Shown: positions 17,753 to 28,199, counted from the first letter of the stretch. The stretch is DNA of 54,267 nucleotides from a virus (IMGVR_UViG_3300022181_000119:1-54267); one strand, 5' to 3'. The notes: generated from the letters alone by a model not told the origin. A program made the numbers and translations.

Positions 17753-19108
17753 TTACAGATACTTAGGTGTGTAAATCACCTTGTATGTGAGTATTGAATC
17801 TGTCAGTATATGGTTCTCTCCCTGAACCAATTCCAGCTTTTCGGGGTAGTGTTTTGTGGTGCCAACGAGAACAAATGGAGTCAAAGTCTCGGTTTCGGCA
17901 GTCTCAAGGACATAGAGGACAGTCACGGTCTCACTATTCCATCCGGTCGATACTGAAGCGGAGGCTGCCAACTTTTGGCAGCTCCCATCGGAGCGAATCA
18001 CGATAACATTTGTTCCGGCTGCATATCCCGAGAGAGCAAGATTCCCCGAGCCATCAGTGTCCTTTTCCTCCCTCTTTATGTTCCTGGTGAGCGTTCCGTC
18101 AGAGAGCAGGATGTCTCTTTCATCATCGAAGCCATGAAGCTCACCCGAGAAAGAGAGACCTCCGACTACCTTTTTCTCGGTCTCTCCATCCATGTAAGTT
18201 ACGTAAGCAGTGCAGAGGAAATAATGACTGTTGCTCTCATCGATCTCAAGTGAGAGTCCGAAGTCTTCAAGTCCCGTCTGAGAGTTCCAGCCGACCGATC
18301 TCACGCCCTCCCAATAATTGTCTCCCACGATCTCTCGAACCTGCGGGCCTGTGAGTTCGTCAGCATCAGTTACCCCAAACTCTTCCTGCATGATCGGGGC
18401 AAGTTCGCCCTTCTTCGTCAGGTCGATGATGAGAATATTAACCGTGTCTCCTGAATCGTTCGTGACAGTCTTTTCGGTTCCGTCTCCTTCAATGATCTCG
18501 TCTCCAAAAGACGAGTAATACTTGTGACCGTTCACACTCGTAAACGAGACCGAGCCTCCGTTGATAACATCGGCCTCTCCGTGGTCGTTCGACCAGGTAT
18601 CGCCATAGAGGATGGCCGAGGCTTCGATCTCGACAGCCCCAGGGTTTTCTATCGTTCCGCTGCCGACGAAATCGACCTCCTGTTCTTCTCCCGAAACGAA
18701 AGGATCTGGCATGATGAGGTTGACACCGAACGTCATCACCAGAGCGTTGTGTACCGGGCCGTTTAACACCCTCCCCTCGACGAACCGACCGTAGATCTTG
18801 CAGTTGTAGATTCTATCCGGCTCGTCCGGAAAAACGACTTGCTTGGTCTCTTGCCTCGCTGTCGAGAGAAGCACCTTGAGAGCGTTCACGTTCGTCCTCA
18901 ACTGTGAAACGCTCGAAGCGTAGATCTGACCCGCCAGCTTTATGATCCTTGTCTTGTACCCGTTGTCGTGTATGTGAGCCCCGTTCATTCCGTCATAAAG
19001 CTGAGTCTCGCGGCTGTCTAATTCTGCCGTGTCTCTCTCTGAATCTTGATTGACGACGAATCCGTATGTAGCTTTCAGGTCTATGCCGTCAAACAGTACA
19101 CCTGCCAT
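17753..19108 (-). CDS. Distal tail protein (Dit) with insertion/extension
   Basis: Directly after TMP; RIIKLAG, VVFPDEPDRIY, PDPF, IENPG and LELVQGENHI. Confidence 0.75.
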   Translation of the reverse strand: MAGVLFDGIDLKATYGFVVNQDSERDTAELDSRETQLYDGMNGAHIHDNGYKTRIIKLAGQIYASSVSQLRTNVNALKVLLSTARQETKQVVFPDEPDRIYNCKIYGRFVEGRVLNGPVHNALVMTFGVNLIMPDPFVSGEEQEVDFVGSGTIENPGAVEIEASAILYGDTWSNDHGEADVINGGSVSFTSVNGHKYYSSFGDEIIEGDGTEKTVTNDSGDTVNILIIDLTKKGELAPIMQEEFGVTDADELTGPQVREIVGDNYWEGVRSVGWNSQTGLEDFGLSLEIDESNSHYFLCTAYVTYMDGETEKKVVGGLSFSGELHGFDDERDILLSDGTLTRNIKREEKDTDGSGNLALSGYAAGTNVIVIRSDGSCQKLAASASVSTGWNSETVTVLYVLETAETETLTPFVLVGTTKHYPEKLELVQGENHILTDSILTYKVIYTPKYL

Positions 19109-19122
19109 TTACATCACCACCT

Positions 19123-22100
19123 TTACAGTCCGTGAGATCTGAGAGTCTGCTGAGTCTCGAAGCCGACGTTCACAGGCGCATTGAAACTCCAGCCTTGAAG
19201 CAGGAACCTCATCGCGCGGACATTCTCGTTTATCTCTCTGAGATAGAGGTTGGAACTCCTTTCAATAGCCAGAAGAACATTCGCCGTCTGTTCGGTGATC
19301 GACTTGACTGTGTTCGTTCTCTTTGTGTCGATCTCCTCCGGCATTTCGAGCCAGTCTTTCGCCTTCTCCCAGAACTCCTTCGACCTGCCCATCGCCTCTT
19401 GCATGAGAACGTCGATCTTCTCCCATTCTTCGTCTGACATCTCGCCGTCCCTGAGTGCCTTGTCCATTTCTTTTGCTATCTTCTCGAAGATCGACTTCAT
19501 GGCGGCGGTCTCAAGAAAAGCCTGTATCAGACCTTGCTTGACTCTGTTCCTGATCGTCTCTTCGAGGTTCTCTGCAAAAGCGTCGAAGGTGTCGGCACTC
19601 GATAGAGCGTTCTCAAAGTCGCCCTTCATCTGCTCGATAGCTTCAGCTCCAGCTCCAAAGAACCACTCGACATCTGCTATCAGGTTCCTGAGCCACTTGC
19701 TCTGAATGTTCTTGAGACTCTCCCAGAAGATGTCGAATTGCTTCTTGGCCTGCGAGAGGTTGAACGTCAGGGCGGTCATGAAGAGTTGAGGAAGGTTCCC
19801 GGATATAGCAGCCGAGAAGCCTTGAGCGAGAGCGTCGAAGAAGCCGAGCCCCTCTTCTTCCTGAACCTTCACTGTCGCTTCTGCTATTGCGTCAAGCAGC
19901 GGGTCAACGATGTACTGCTTCATGTATTTTTCAGACAGAGCCTCGGCATTCTCGAAGAAGGCCATGATGAACCTCAATCCAGCTCCCCTGCCCCCTTCTT
20001 CGAGGATGTCCGCCAGATTGTCGGTCATCCCCTCGACGAACCCGACCAGATCGTCCAGCCTTTCCCGCGTTCGGTCGATCTCTTCTTCTCGCATCCGCGC
20101 TTTGAGTTCCTGGTACTTCTCCTCGATCTCGAGCCGAGCCTCGAGGTTGTCTTGAGCGGCTTCAAGTTCCTCTTGCATAAGGTTCTTGAGAATGTCGAGC
20201 CTTTCTTTGTACGCGATCTGGGTCGGGATCTTCTTTGCCCTGGTTTCGAGTTCGGTCTGAAGAGTTCCCTGGAGCCTCTTGATTTCTTCGGCCACCTTCT
20301 CTTCGAGCCTGACCCTCTCCTCCGCCGTTCCTTCGTAGAACTGCATCCAGTTCTGGAGGTATCTGATCCGGTGCGTTGCCCCGATCCTCTCTGCGCTCGA
20401 GATTTCGGTTATTTCTCTCCCCGCCGCTTCGAGACGAGCCTTAGATTCAGCTTCCTTTGCGTCCATGACCGCCTTCTTCCTCTCTTCATAAATCTTCTTT
20501 TCGAGGTCCGCGATCTCTTTGTTTATCATCTGAGAGACTTGAACCCTCTCCTCTTCAGTCCCTTTGAAGACATTCCCAAACATCGTGAGGTAGTTGATCT
20601 TCTGCTGGTAGTTCATATGTTCGAAGCTGAGAATCTGTTCTATCGTCCCTTTGGCCTGTTCGATCCTCTCTCTCGATTTCGCCTCTTCTTCCTTTATAAG
20701 AGTGTCCAGACCCTTTAAGATCTCCTGATTCGCCGCGCTTTCCACCTTCGTAACATAATTCAGGATTTCCATCGCCGTTTTGTCATCGACAGAGAAAAGA
20801 TTCTTGAGGAAGCTGATTCTTCCAGTCTCGGGCAGATCTCCGATCAGTCCTTTCATGAGTTCCCATTGAGAGATCGCGGATTCGCTCAAGGCTTTCGAAT
20901 CGGCCACCATGACTTCGAATCTGAGCTTGAGGTTTTCCCACGTAGAGATAGTGTTCTCTTCAATCTGCTTCGTTGCGTTGACCCATTCCCTGAGCCAGGC
21001 CGGGTCTTTCGTCTCCTCCCAGAGCTTCTGATAGACAGAAGCAATCGCTTTCTCTCTAGTCTCGACTATCGAGAGGGCCTGTTCGAGTTCGGCCTGAAGA
21101 TTCTGTATCTCTGGAATCCTGTCTATTTCTTCTGGAGTTATGGCCCTCTCTTGCTGAATCTGAAGTTTCTTGTTTTGAAACTCCCGCTCAATTCTCAACT
21201 TCTCTTCGTTCGCCTGTTCGAGAAGCTCTCTCTCTTTCGCGAGGTCCTGCTGAAGCCTCGCCACGGGATCGACTTTTTCAGTAGGTTCTCTCAACTTCTC
21301 TCTGAGAGAGGCGACTTCAGTTATCCATCTCTCTTGTTCGGTGAAGTAGTCGGATGAAACCTTTGAGAGTCTGGAATAGATGTTTTCGATGCTCTGGGCT
21401 ATGCCGAGAGCTACGTTGAGGCTTCCCTGAGCGACCGCTTCATCGTAGAGTTGAACGAGCCGCTCGATCTCCTTGACGTATTCGGCTATCTCGTCCTTAG
21501 CCGCGGCTGTTTCCTTTACGGCTCTCTTCGACCAGAAAACGTAAGCATTCCAGTACGTCTGGTTCGCCTGTCCTGCCGTAACGCTGTCCTGATACATTCC
21601 ACGATAAAGCCCGGCTATCTCTCTGGCCAGCTCTCTCGAAGCGTTCGCCGCTTCCTCGCCTTCCTGCTTGACTGTGTGGTAATAGACCCTCGCTCTTTCC
21701 GTGATCTTGTCGAGCACGGTGGCCGTCTCTTTCGTCTCGACCGAGAGAGAGGCTATCGCGTTCTTGTACTCGTCGAAGTATTTCGTCTGTTCTTTCCCGG
21801 CCACGACTGTGTAAAGCCAGAGTTCGAGGTTCGCATTTGCAAGCTGCCTGAGTTTTGAAGTCGCCTCCTCGCTCGCTCCTTTCTCCAGGAGAGCGTTGTA
21901 TTCGGCCCTCAACTTGTTGATTTTCTCGGTCTGTTCGATCTCCCAGGAGATCTGCTCTTCCTGCTTCTTCTGAACGAGGTCGAAGACCTGCTCGGTCGTA
22001 ATCCCGAACTCTTTGGCCTTCTCCCCGAGGAGCTTGAAGACGTTGTAATCCCCCGTCTCCCTGTACGTAGAAGCGATTGCAGACAGGATCTCCGACTGTT

Positions 22101-25100
22101 TCTCCGAGAGGACCTTTTCGTAAAGGTTCGCGTGTTCTACGTCCTGTCTCGTCATCGCGGCTCTGTACTGGGAATAGATCGCATAATACGCCGCTTCTTT
22201 CTGGGCGAGATCTTCATAGAACTTCTCGAGCCTCGTCTTTGCGGTTTCGTCCGGCTCGGGTACTTTCTTTAGTTGCTCCTGGATCTCGGAGGCTATCTGA
22301 GCGTATTCGTCGGCCAGGAGAAGGAGGTTCAGGTTCGTCTTCTCGATCTCGACCGAGTATTCGTACTGCGATTTCGCGTAGGAAGAGAGCTGTTGCGCCG
22401 TCCTGAGAGCGTCTTCAAGCCTCCCTTTTTCCATGTAATCAGCGTGTACCGTCTTCAGTTTCGTTATCTCGTTCGTAACCTTATCTAGCTCGCCGGAGAA
22501 GAGAAGAGCCCTGCCTTCCCACATCTTCCATGCCTTGAAGGCTTCATTTGCAGCGTCGGAGCTTTCCTCCGTGTTGTAGAAGATTTCCTTCCATGTCGAG
22601 GCAAGCTGCCTGGCGAGAGAGATCTGGTCCTCCGTCTGCCCCGAGGTTATCGCCCTGTTGTATCGCTCGATGGCTTCGTCTCTCTGACGGTACAGCTTCT
22701 CGAGAGTGTCCTCCGCTTTCTCAGTCATGGAGAGGACCTGATTGAGTGAATAGGCTGTTTCCTTCTCTATCCTGGCGAGATAGGATTCGTCCCCGGTCGC
22801 AAAGTAAGCATCGACGAACGACCTAGCGAGGTTCTTTCTGGCAGCTTCGAGCCTGTCGAGGAGGACCTTGTTTTCCGAGCCCGCGAGATCTTTCTCGAGG
22901 TCCTGGATGAGCTGCTTCTCTTCTTGAATCCTCTTATCGTATGATTTCTTTCTCGATTCGACGATGTTCTCGAAAGTCTCCTCTGCTCCCTTCCTGATCT
23001 CGGATAGAGCATCGAGTTCTGAAGCCGCCCATGCCTTAGCTTGTTCGTCTCCCTGCCTCGTGGCATAGAGTCTGATCTTCTGGGCGGTGGAGTATGCCGA
23101 CTGAAGAGATCTCTCGGCCATTTCACGGTCATATTCGCTCTGAGAGTCTTTGAGAGATTTGTAATCGCTCATGAACCTGTTGAACACGAGCCTTTCGTTT
23201 GCGAGCCATTTCTCCCAGTAGCCCTGCATCCCCGTGCCGATCGTGTCTTTGATCTTTTTGAGGTTGTCGATCAGGTTTGCCGTAGCGTCTGCACTCTTTC
23301 CCGCCACGGTCTTGAGATCGGCAAACGCCGTCATGCTGAGGTTGATTTCCTCTATCTCCGAACCTGTTTCTCCGAGCGACTTGTTGAGTTTATTTACTTC
23401 ATCGTCGAAGTTCGTCAGGATCTCGATCGGGAGGAGCCTGAAGATATTCGCCATTCGATCGGCTGTCTGCTCGGGACTCACTAATCCGGCTTCTTCCATA
23501 TTTACCAGTTCTTCCACGGCTTTGATCTCTTTGCGTATCAGCTCGAGCGTCGTGGAGGAGATGGTGTTGTTCTCGATGAGTTTCGCTCCATACTGGTCCA
23601 GGAAGGACAGAAGCCTTTCCGTTTCGGTCCTCGCTTCGTCCCCGAACACCCCGAGTTGTCTGATCTCCGAGATCTGGTCGTAATACCCGGCGATAGCGTC
23701 CCTGAGCCCCTGGAGGTCCGCCAGTTCGTCCTGCCTTCTCCTGTATGCAACCGTGAGAGAATCGAGTCTCGTCTGAGCGGCCTGAATTTGTCTGCCCTGT
23801 TCCTCTACCTGAAAATCAAGTTCCTGTTTCCGCATTTCGAGTTCGGCTATTCTCGCCTCTGTCTGGGCCTTGATCAGCTCGATGTTGAGCTTGATCATCT
23901 CCCCTTCCATCTCGTACATTCCAACGAGTTCGGGGTTCTGATCCACGAGCTTTTCTATCGCCTCTCTCAATCTGTTGTAATCGCCTTCTCCTGTCGAGAC
24001 TGCGAAATTATGTTCGTTGACGAGCCTCGTCAATTGATCGACTGAATTCTGGAAACCGTCGGCTTCAGACTTCACTCTATTCAGTTCGTCCGCGTACATT
24101 CGTAGAACGCCGTTCGCACTTTCTACCTGTTTCCCGACATCCTCTACCGCCAGTGAAAGAGCCCCGGTGTCACGGTCGAGATCTATGAACATATCCCTGA
24201 GCTTATATGAATCGTCCAGGATCTCGACGATCCCCCTGCCTAGAAAGGTGAGAACGTCTATCGCGCCCTCGAAGGCCGGATTTACTTTCTCCCAGAGGAG
24301 AATCCCTATCGCGCTCCAGGTATTCGACAGGACCTCGAGTTTGTTCGCCGTGGAATCGACCATCTTTCCGTAAGCGTCCTCAGTAGCTCCGGCTCTTTCT
24401 CCCATGTCGCCCATGATGCGGTTGAAGTCGTCAAGCTGCGCGCCCGTCAGGGAGAGAACGGCCCTCAAAGCTCTGACGTTCCCGAACATTTTTGCCAGCG
24501 ATTCGCCGTTGTCTCCGGCCTTCTCGCTCAGTTCCGTCAGGAAGGGCAGGAGTCCTTTCGTGTGAAGGGCAGTCTGTGAGAGTTCAATCCCGTATTTCGC
24601 GGCTTCTTCTTTCGCTTCCTTCGTGGGATCGAGGATCGAGACGAGGACCTGGTTCAAATATGTGACGGCGTTTCTCGCGTCGATACCTCCGATCGTCATA
24701 GCCGATATAGCAGACACGAGAGTCTCGAGATCAACGTTCAACTGGGCGGCTGTCGGAATGATGTTGCCCAGAACGTTTGCAAACTCGTCGTATGTGACCT
24801 TTCCCTTGTCCACGCCCACGAAGAGGATGTCGTTGATGTCTGCAACGTCTCTGACCTTCATCTCGTAAGCGTTGAGGATGGTCGTGTTCAGGTCAACGGC
24901 GGTCGCAACGTCGCTCATCCCGGCGATAGCTCCCTTCGAGCTCTGCTCTATGAACTCGAGAGAGTCCCCGAGATCTATGTTCGAGGATATCGCCTCGTAC
25001 ATCGCCTTCTCGAGAGTGCTGATGCTCTGGGGAACGTTCAAGCTCATGTCCATGAGAGCCCCGGCATAGGAGCGGATCTGAGACTCTCCTATATCCAGGA

Positions 25101-25314
25101 GCGTCCATATTCTGCGCATATTCTCGTCGAAGTCGAGGAACTCCTCTTTCGCGGCGTTGATCGCCTTTCCGACTCCGTAGATCGAAGCTCCCAGGCCGAC
25201 CCATCCCGCCAGAGTGCCGAGAACGTTGCTCATGCCGGAATAGAGGCGGGAAAGTCCCGCCTCGGATGTTCGTGTATTGAGATCAAGCTCGTAGTATAGT
25301 CTATCTACCAGCAT
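19123..25314 (-). CDS. Tail tape measure protein (TP901-like core), about 2063 aa
   Basis: Long helical protein with KGKVTYDEFANVLG and MFGNVRALRAV; start set at MLVDRLYYEL. Confidence 0.9.
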   Translation of the reverse strand: MLVDRLYYELDLNTRTSEAGLSRLYSGMSNVLGTLAGWVGLGASIYGVGKAINAAKEEFLDFDENMRRIWTLLDIGESQIRSYAGALMDMSLNVPQSISTLEKAMYEAISSNIDLGDSLEFIEQSSKGAIAGMSDVATAVDLNTTILNAYEMKVRDVADINDILFVGVDKGKVTYDEFANVLGNIIPTAAQLNVDLETLVSAISAMTIGGIDARNAVTYLNQVLVSILDPTKEAKEEAAKYGIELSQTALHTKGLLPFLTELSEKAGDNGESLAKMFGNVRALRAVLSLTGAQLDDFNRIMGDMGERAGATEDAYGKMVDSTANKLEVLSNTWSAIGILLWEKVNPAFEGAIDVLTFLGRGIVEILDDSYKLRDMFIDLDRDTGALSLAVEDVGKQVESANGVLRMYADELNRVKSEADGFQNSVDQLTRLVNEHNFAVSTGEGDYNRLREAIEKLVDQNPELVGMYEMEGEMIKLNIELIKAQTEARIAELEMRKQELDFQVEEQGRQIQAAQTRLDSLTVAYRRRQDELADLQGLRDAIAGYYDQISEIRQLGVFGDEARTETERLLSFLDQYGAKLIENNTISSTTLELIRKEIKAVEELVNMEEAGLVSPEQTADRMANIFRLLPIEILTNFDDEVNKLNKSLGETGSEIEEINLSMTAFADLKTVAGKSADATANLIDNLKKIKDTIGTGMQGYWEKWLANERLVFNRFMSDYKSLKDSQSEYDREMAERSLQSAYSTAQKIRLYATRQGDEQAKAWAASELDALSEIRKGAEETFENIVESRKKSYDKRIQEEKQLIQDLEKDLAGSENKVLLDRLEAARKNLARSFVDAYFATGDESYLARIEKETAYSLNQVLSMTEKAEDTLEKLYRQRDEAIERYNRAITSGQTEDQISLARQLASTWKEIFYNTEESSDAANEAFKAWKMWEGRALLFSGELDKVTNEITKLKTVHADYMEKGRLEDALRTAQQLSSYAKSQYEYSVEIEKTNLNLLLLADEYAQIASEIQEQLKKVPEPDETAKTRLEKFYEDLAQKEAAYYAIYSQYRAAMTRQDVEHANLYEKVLSEKQSEILSAIASTYRETGDYNVFKLLGEKAKEFGITTEQVFDLVQKKQEEQISWEIEQTEKINKLRAEYNALLEKGASEEATSKLRQLANANLELWLYTVVAGKEQTKYFDEYKNAIASLSVETKETATVLDKITERARVYYHTVKQEGEEAANASRELAREIAGLYRGMYQDSVTAGQANQTYWNAYVFWSKRAVKETAAAKDEIAEYVKEIERLVQLYDEAVAQGSLNVALGIAQSIENIYSRLSKVSSDYFTEQERWITEVASLREKLREPTEKVDPVARLQQDLAKERELLEQANEEKLRIEREFQNKKLQIQQERAITPEEIDRIPEIQNLQAELEQALSIVETREKAIASVYQKLWEETKDPAWLREWVNATKQIEENTISTWENLKLRFEVMVADSKALSESAISQWELMKGLIGDLPETGRISFLKNLFSVDDKTAMEILNYVTKVESAANQEILKGLDTLIKEEEAKSRERIEQAKGTIEQILSFEHMNYQQKINYLTMFGNVFKGTEEERVQVSQMINKEIADLEKKIYEERKKAVMDAKEAESKARLEAAGREITEISSAERIGATHRIRYLQNWMQFYEGTAEERVRLEEKVAEEIKRLQGTLQTELETRAKKIPTQIAYKERLDILKNLMQEELEAAQDNLEARLEIEEKYQELKARMREEEIDRTRERLDDLVGFVEGMTDNLADILEEGGRGAGLRFIMAFFENAEALSEKYMKQYIVDPLLDAIAEATVKVQEEEGLGFFDALAQGFSAAISGNLPQLFMTALTFNLSQAKKQFDIFWESLKNIQSKWLRNLIADVEWFFGAGAEAIEQMKGDFENALSSADTFDAFAENLEETIRNRVKQGLIQAFLETAAMKSIFEKIAKEMDKALRDGEMSDEEWEKIDVLMQEAMGRSKEFWEKAKDWLEMPEEIDTKRTNTVKSITEQTANVLLAIERSSNLYLREINENVRAMRFLLQGWSFNAPVNVGFETQQTLRSHGL

Positions 25315-25540
25315 CAGTATCACCCACATGGACCCCGAAGAAAGCGGCCAGTGCCTGTTCCGCGTTTTCAGGATCTTTGATTTTCTTCTCGCTGTCAACC
25401 GAATTCAGCATGATGATCAGCGATTGGTAGGATGTTTCCCAGAAGATCTGATCTATCGACCAGCCGAACTGCGAGAGATTGAAGGCCAATCTTCCCCAGT
25501 TCGGAGCCTCCCCTACATCAGCATCTTCGTTATCTGCGAA
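25301..25540 (-). CDS. Tail assembly chaperone -1 frameshift extension (gpT-like)
   Basis: -1 frame is open from the slippery site to the stop at 25301 (...EAPNWGRLAFNLSQFGWSIDQIFWE...). Confidence 0.75.
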   Translation of the reverse strand, partial: FADNEDADVGEAPNWGRLAFNLSQFGWSIDQIFWETSYQSLIIMLNSVDSEKKIKDPENAEQALAAFFGVHVGDTDAGR

Positions 25541-25986
25541 AAATTTGAGACATCGACCAGCCTTCGATATTCCTGAACAATCGCCTTCATGTCGAAGATG
25601 TTCAGCTCGTCGGTGATCTCTTCGATGGAGACGACGTGATTCTTCACGGTCCCCGGTTTCTTTCCGTCTATGATGATCTGTATCAGCTCGGGTACAGCGT
25701 CGTAACTCGCGAACATCTGATCTATGAACTTCTTCGAGAGCATCGGAATGATGTTCGCGAGATCCTGCTTGCTCTTGGCCTCTTCGAGTTCCTTAGCAAA
25801 CTCGGGGTTGAGAAACATTCTCTCTGTCTTCTGTGCCTGTTCGGAGATATATCTCATGAGGCCGACCGAAGGAGGCTGGATATAGATTGTCTTTCCGTTG
25901 GAGAGTTTCAGAGGTTTCGGTGTCATCGATACGGCTTCAAATTCCTTCTTTTCCTGTTCCTTCAGTTCTACTGGATCTTTCGGCAT
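25513..25986 (-). CDS. Tail assembly chaperone (gpG-like)
   Basis: Lies between the tube genes and TMP; slippery heptamer near the 3' end. Confidence 0.75.
   Translation of the reverse strand: MPKDPVELKEQEKKEFEAVSMTPKPLKLSNGKTIYIQPPSVGLMRYISEQAQKTERMFLNPEFAKELEEAKSKQDLANIIPMLSKKFIDQMFASYDAVPELIQIIIDGKKPGTVKNHVVSIEEITDELNIFDMKAIVQEYRRLVDVSNFSQITKMLM
25540..25546 (-). other. Programmed -1 frameshift site A AAT TTT
   Basis: X XXY YYZ heptamer in correct phase (tcA AAT TTT tcg). Confidence 0.75.
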
Positions 25987-26014
25987 TCCTCTTCCTCCCT
26001 TCTCAATGTAGAAG

Positions 26015-26036
26015 GAAGCCCGGTTTCCCGGGCTTC
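26015..26036 (-). terminator. Hairpin/weak terminator after the tail tube genes
   Basis: GAAGCCCGG-N4-CCGGGCTTC, poor U-tract. Confidence 0.5.
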
Positions 26037-26038
26037 TA

Positions 26039-26872
26039 TTAAACTGTTACTTTCGTGAGTTTCGGTGCGGCGAAAGTTGCCCCGCCAGCCAGAGCCGTCT
26101 CGGCATGAGCCTCTACCACGGTAGAACCGTTCCCCGCCGCCATCGCGGTAACAAGAAGCTTCGCGTCGTCGTCCGCGTTCACGGCTGCCGCCACTTCAAG
26201 AGCGGTCGAAACAAGTTCACCGTCATCAGTCTCGAGGCTTACAGTTATATCGGTGTCGGAGACGGTCACGTCGAGAGCGTTATCCCCTGCCCCAGGATCA
26301 ACGAACGTGACTGTGATCTCGTTCCCGTCAGGCCCCGCATCCACGGCTGTGAAATGAACTGCGCTGTTCGAGTCGGGCGAAGCGTTGTCGAGAGTCAGCT
26401 TTGCCTTCACGCTCTCGGAGGCGAGCGATACTACCATGAGTCTCACAACAGCGTTGCCGTCGTTATTGACGTTTATCTCCCCCTCCGGTCTTATCCTTGC
26501 CCGCGACAGTTCGATCTCGTACTTCACGCCGTTCATCGTCTTCGTGACGAGTTTCAGAGACTTCGTGACACCCTCAGAGACTTCATCAGGCAGGGTCAGG
26601 ATATCGTCGTCCGGGACCTCCCCGATCGTCCCGTTGAAGAGCAGTTCGAGATTGTCGAGAGAACAATCCGCGAGGTTGATTTCCATCTCACGCCTGAGTT
26701 TGGTGGAGATAATCATCTCAGGTTCCACGTCCTGATCGTTGTCTATCTCCACCTCGGTCGGGGTGGTCTGTCTGAAGATCACGCCACCTTTCGTCTTTCC
26801 AAGATCGTTGTTCGGTGTGCCTCCGGCATCGCCATAGTACACTTTGTCAACTGCCAGTATGAATTCCGACAT
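26039..26872 (-). CDS. Major tail tube protein 2 with C-terminal accessory domain
   Basis: N-terminal ~150 aa closely match 26891-27370 (DLGKTKGG, EVEIDNDQDVEPE, ARIRPEGEI). Confidence 0.8.
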   Translation of the reverse strand: MSEFILAVDKVYYGDAGGTPNNDLGKTKGGVIFRQTTPTEVEIDNDQDVEPEMIISTKLRREMEINLADCSLDNLELLFNGTIGEVPDDDILTLPDEVSEGVTKSLKLVTKTMNGVKYEIELSRARIRPEGEINVNNDGNAVVRLMVVSLASESVKAKLTLDNASPDSNSAVHFTAVDAGPDGNEITVTFVDPGAGDNALDVTVSDTDITVSLETDDGELVSTALEVAAAVNADDDAKLLVTAMAAGNGSTVVEAHAETALAGGATFAAPKLTKVTV

Positions 26873-26890
26873 ATTCCCTCACCCCCTCGC

Positions 26891-27370
26891 TTACGAGGCG
26901 ACTCTGGTTATCGTCGGCCCCGTGGTGTGCGCGAGGTTCACCAGAAGCAGCCTGACTACGGCGTTTCCATCGTTGTTGATCGTGATCTCGCCCTCCGGCC
27001 TGATTCTCGCTTTCGGGAGAAGCACCTCGTAATAAACCCCGTCGATAGCCTTTGTGGTGAGCTTGACGGCCTTCGTGGTTCCTGCGCTGACAGTGGTCGG
27101 GAGTGAGAGGATGCTGCCGTCAACCGTCCCGTTAAACACCAGCGCGAGATTGTCCAGCTTGCAGTCGGACAGGTTTATCTCCATTTCCCTTCTGAGTTTC
27201 GTGGTGATGATCGCCTCGGGCTCGACATCCTGGTCGTTGTCGATTTCGACTTCCTGAGCCGCGTTCTGTCTGAACACTGCTCCGCCCTTCGTTTTGCCGA
27301 GATCTATGTTCGGAGACGATCCCACGTCCGCGATCTCGATTTTTTCAACGGCGAGTATAAAATCGCTCAT
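26891..27370 (-). CDS. Major tail tube protein 1
   Basis: DLGKTKGG tube motif; position after the tail terminator. Confidence 0.8.
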   Translation of the reverse strand: MSDFILAVEKIEIADVGSSPNIDLGKTKGGAVFRQNAAQEVEIDNDQDVEPEAIITTKLRREMEINLSDCKLDNLALVFNGTVDGSILSLPTTVSAGTTKAVKLTTKAIDGVYYEVLLPKARIRPEGEITINNDGNAVVRLLLVNLAHTTGPTITRVAS

Positions 27371-27384
27371 GTTGTATTCCTCCT

Positions 27385-27783
27385 CTATTGCCCGCTTTCC
27401 ACAATGCGGACGTTAAATCTGAGTTCTTTGAAACTTTCCATCGGCATATCCGGGTCTATCAGGGCAGCTCCGCAGGACAGAGGCTCGAAGTAGTACACCG
27501 TGCCTCCAGTTGGTGTCAGGGCTGCCGATAGAGCCGTCATAACATCGTCTTTCATGGTCTCGTGGCCTGAACTGTCTATCATTCCGTTCGCGAAAAGGTC
27601 GCGGTGCATCAGCACTTGAAGATATCCTCTCTGGATCGGGAAGTCGTACATCGAATTTCGGAATCTGATCACGCACGAGGGATTGTCGAAGTCTTTCGGC
27701 CTGTTGTTCTTGAACGTGTGGGCAATCTTCTTCTTGATCTCGACATAGGCAGCCGAGACCAGCTTATCGTCTACGAACTTCAT
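27385..27783 (-). CDS. Putative tail terminator
   Basis: Synteny and size. Confidence 0.5.
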   Translation of the reverse strand: MKFVDDKLVSAAYVEIKKKIAHTFKNNRPKDFDNPSCVIRFRNSMYDFPIQRGYLQVLMHRDLFANGMIDSSGHETMKDDVMTALSAALTPTGGTVYYFEPLSCGAALIDPDMPMESFKELRFNVRIVESGQ

Positions 27784-28199
27784 GTCTTCACCTTCCCCAG
27801 AGCCTCTTCAATGAGGTTAGGAAGGAGAACGGCTGTCTGAGAGATGACGTTGTACCCTCTTCCCTCAACGAAGACTCCGTACTCCATCCCGGCATAAAAG
27901 ACCGTCTTCACGTGACCGGGATCAATTTCTATCGACTCGGCAAATTCATCTGATTTCTTCTGGGCCTCCGGATGTCCCCTGTCTTGAAGGACGTTGTCAA
28001 TCTGGCCGTTGGCCGCGACCGCGTATCCAGTAGAGTTTCTGAGGTTCCCGGTTCGATCCTTGTAATCGCCTGTGTCGCGTGAATGGTTCGTGGCGAGCTG
28101 GCCGATGTAGTGAGCGGTTTTGATTGAGTCGTTATCGACCTTTTCTTTAAGTCCGCCCACAAGTCTCTGAATACTCGCGAGGTTAAACGGCAGATTCAT
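27780..28199 (-). CDS. HK97 gp10-like neck/tail completion protein
   Basis: YKDRTGNLRNS and AGMEYGVFVE motifs. Confidence 0.75.
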   Translation of the reverse strand: MNLPFNLASIQRLVGGLKEKVDNDSIKTAHYIGQLATNHSRDTGDYKDRTGNLRNSTGYAVAANGQIDNVLQDRGHPEAQKKSDEFAESIEIDPGHVKTVFYAGMEYGVFVEGRGYNVISQTAVLLPNLIEEALGKVKT

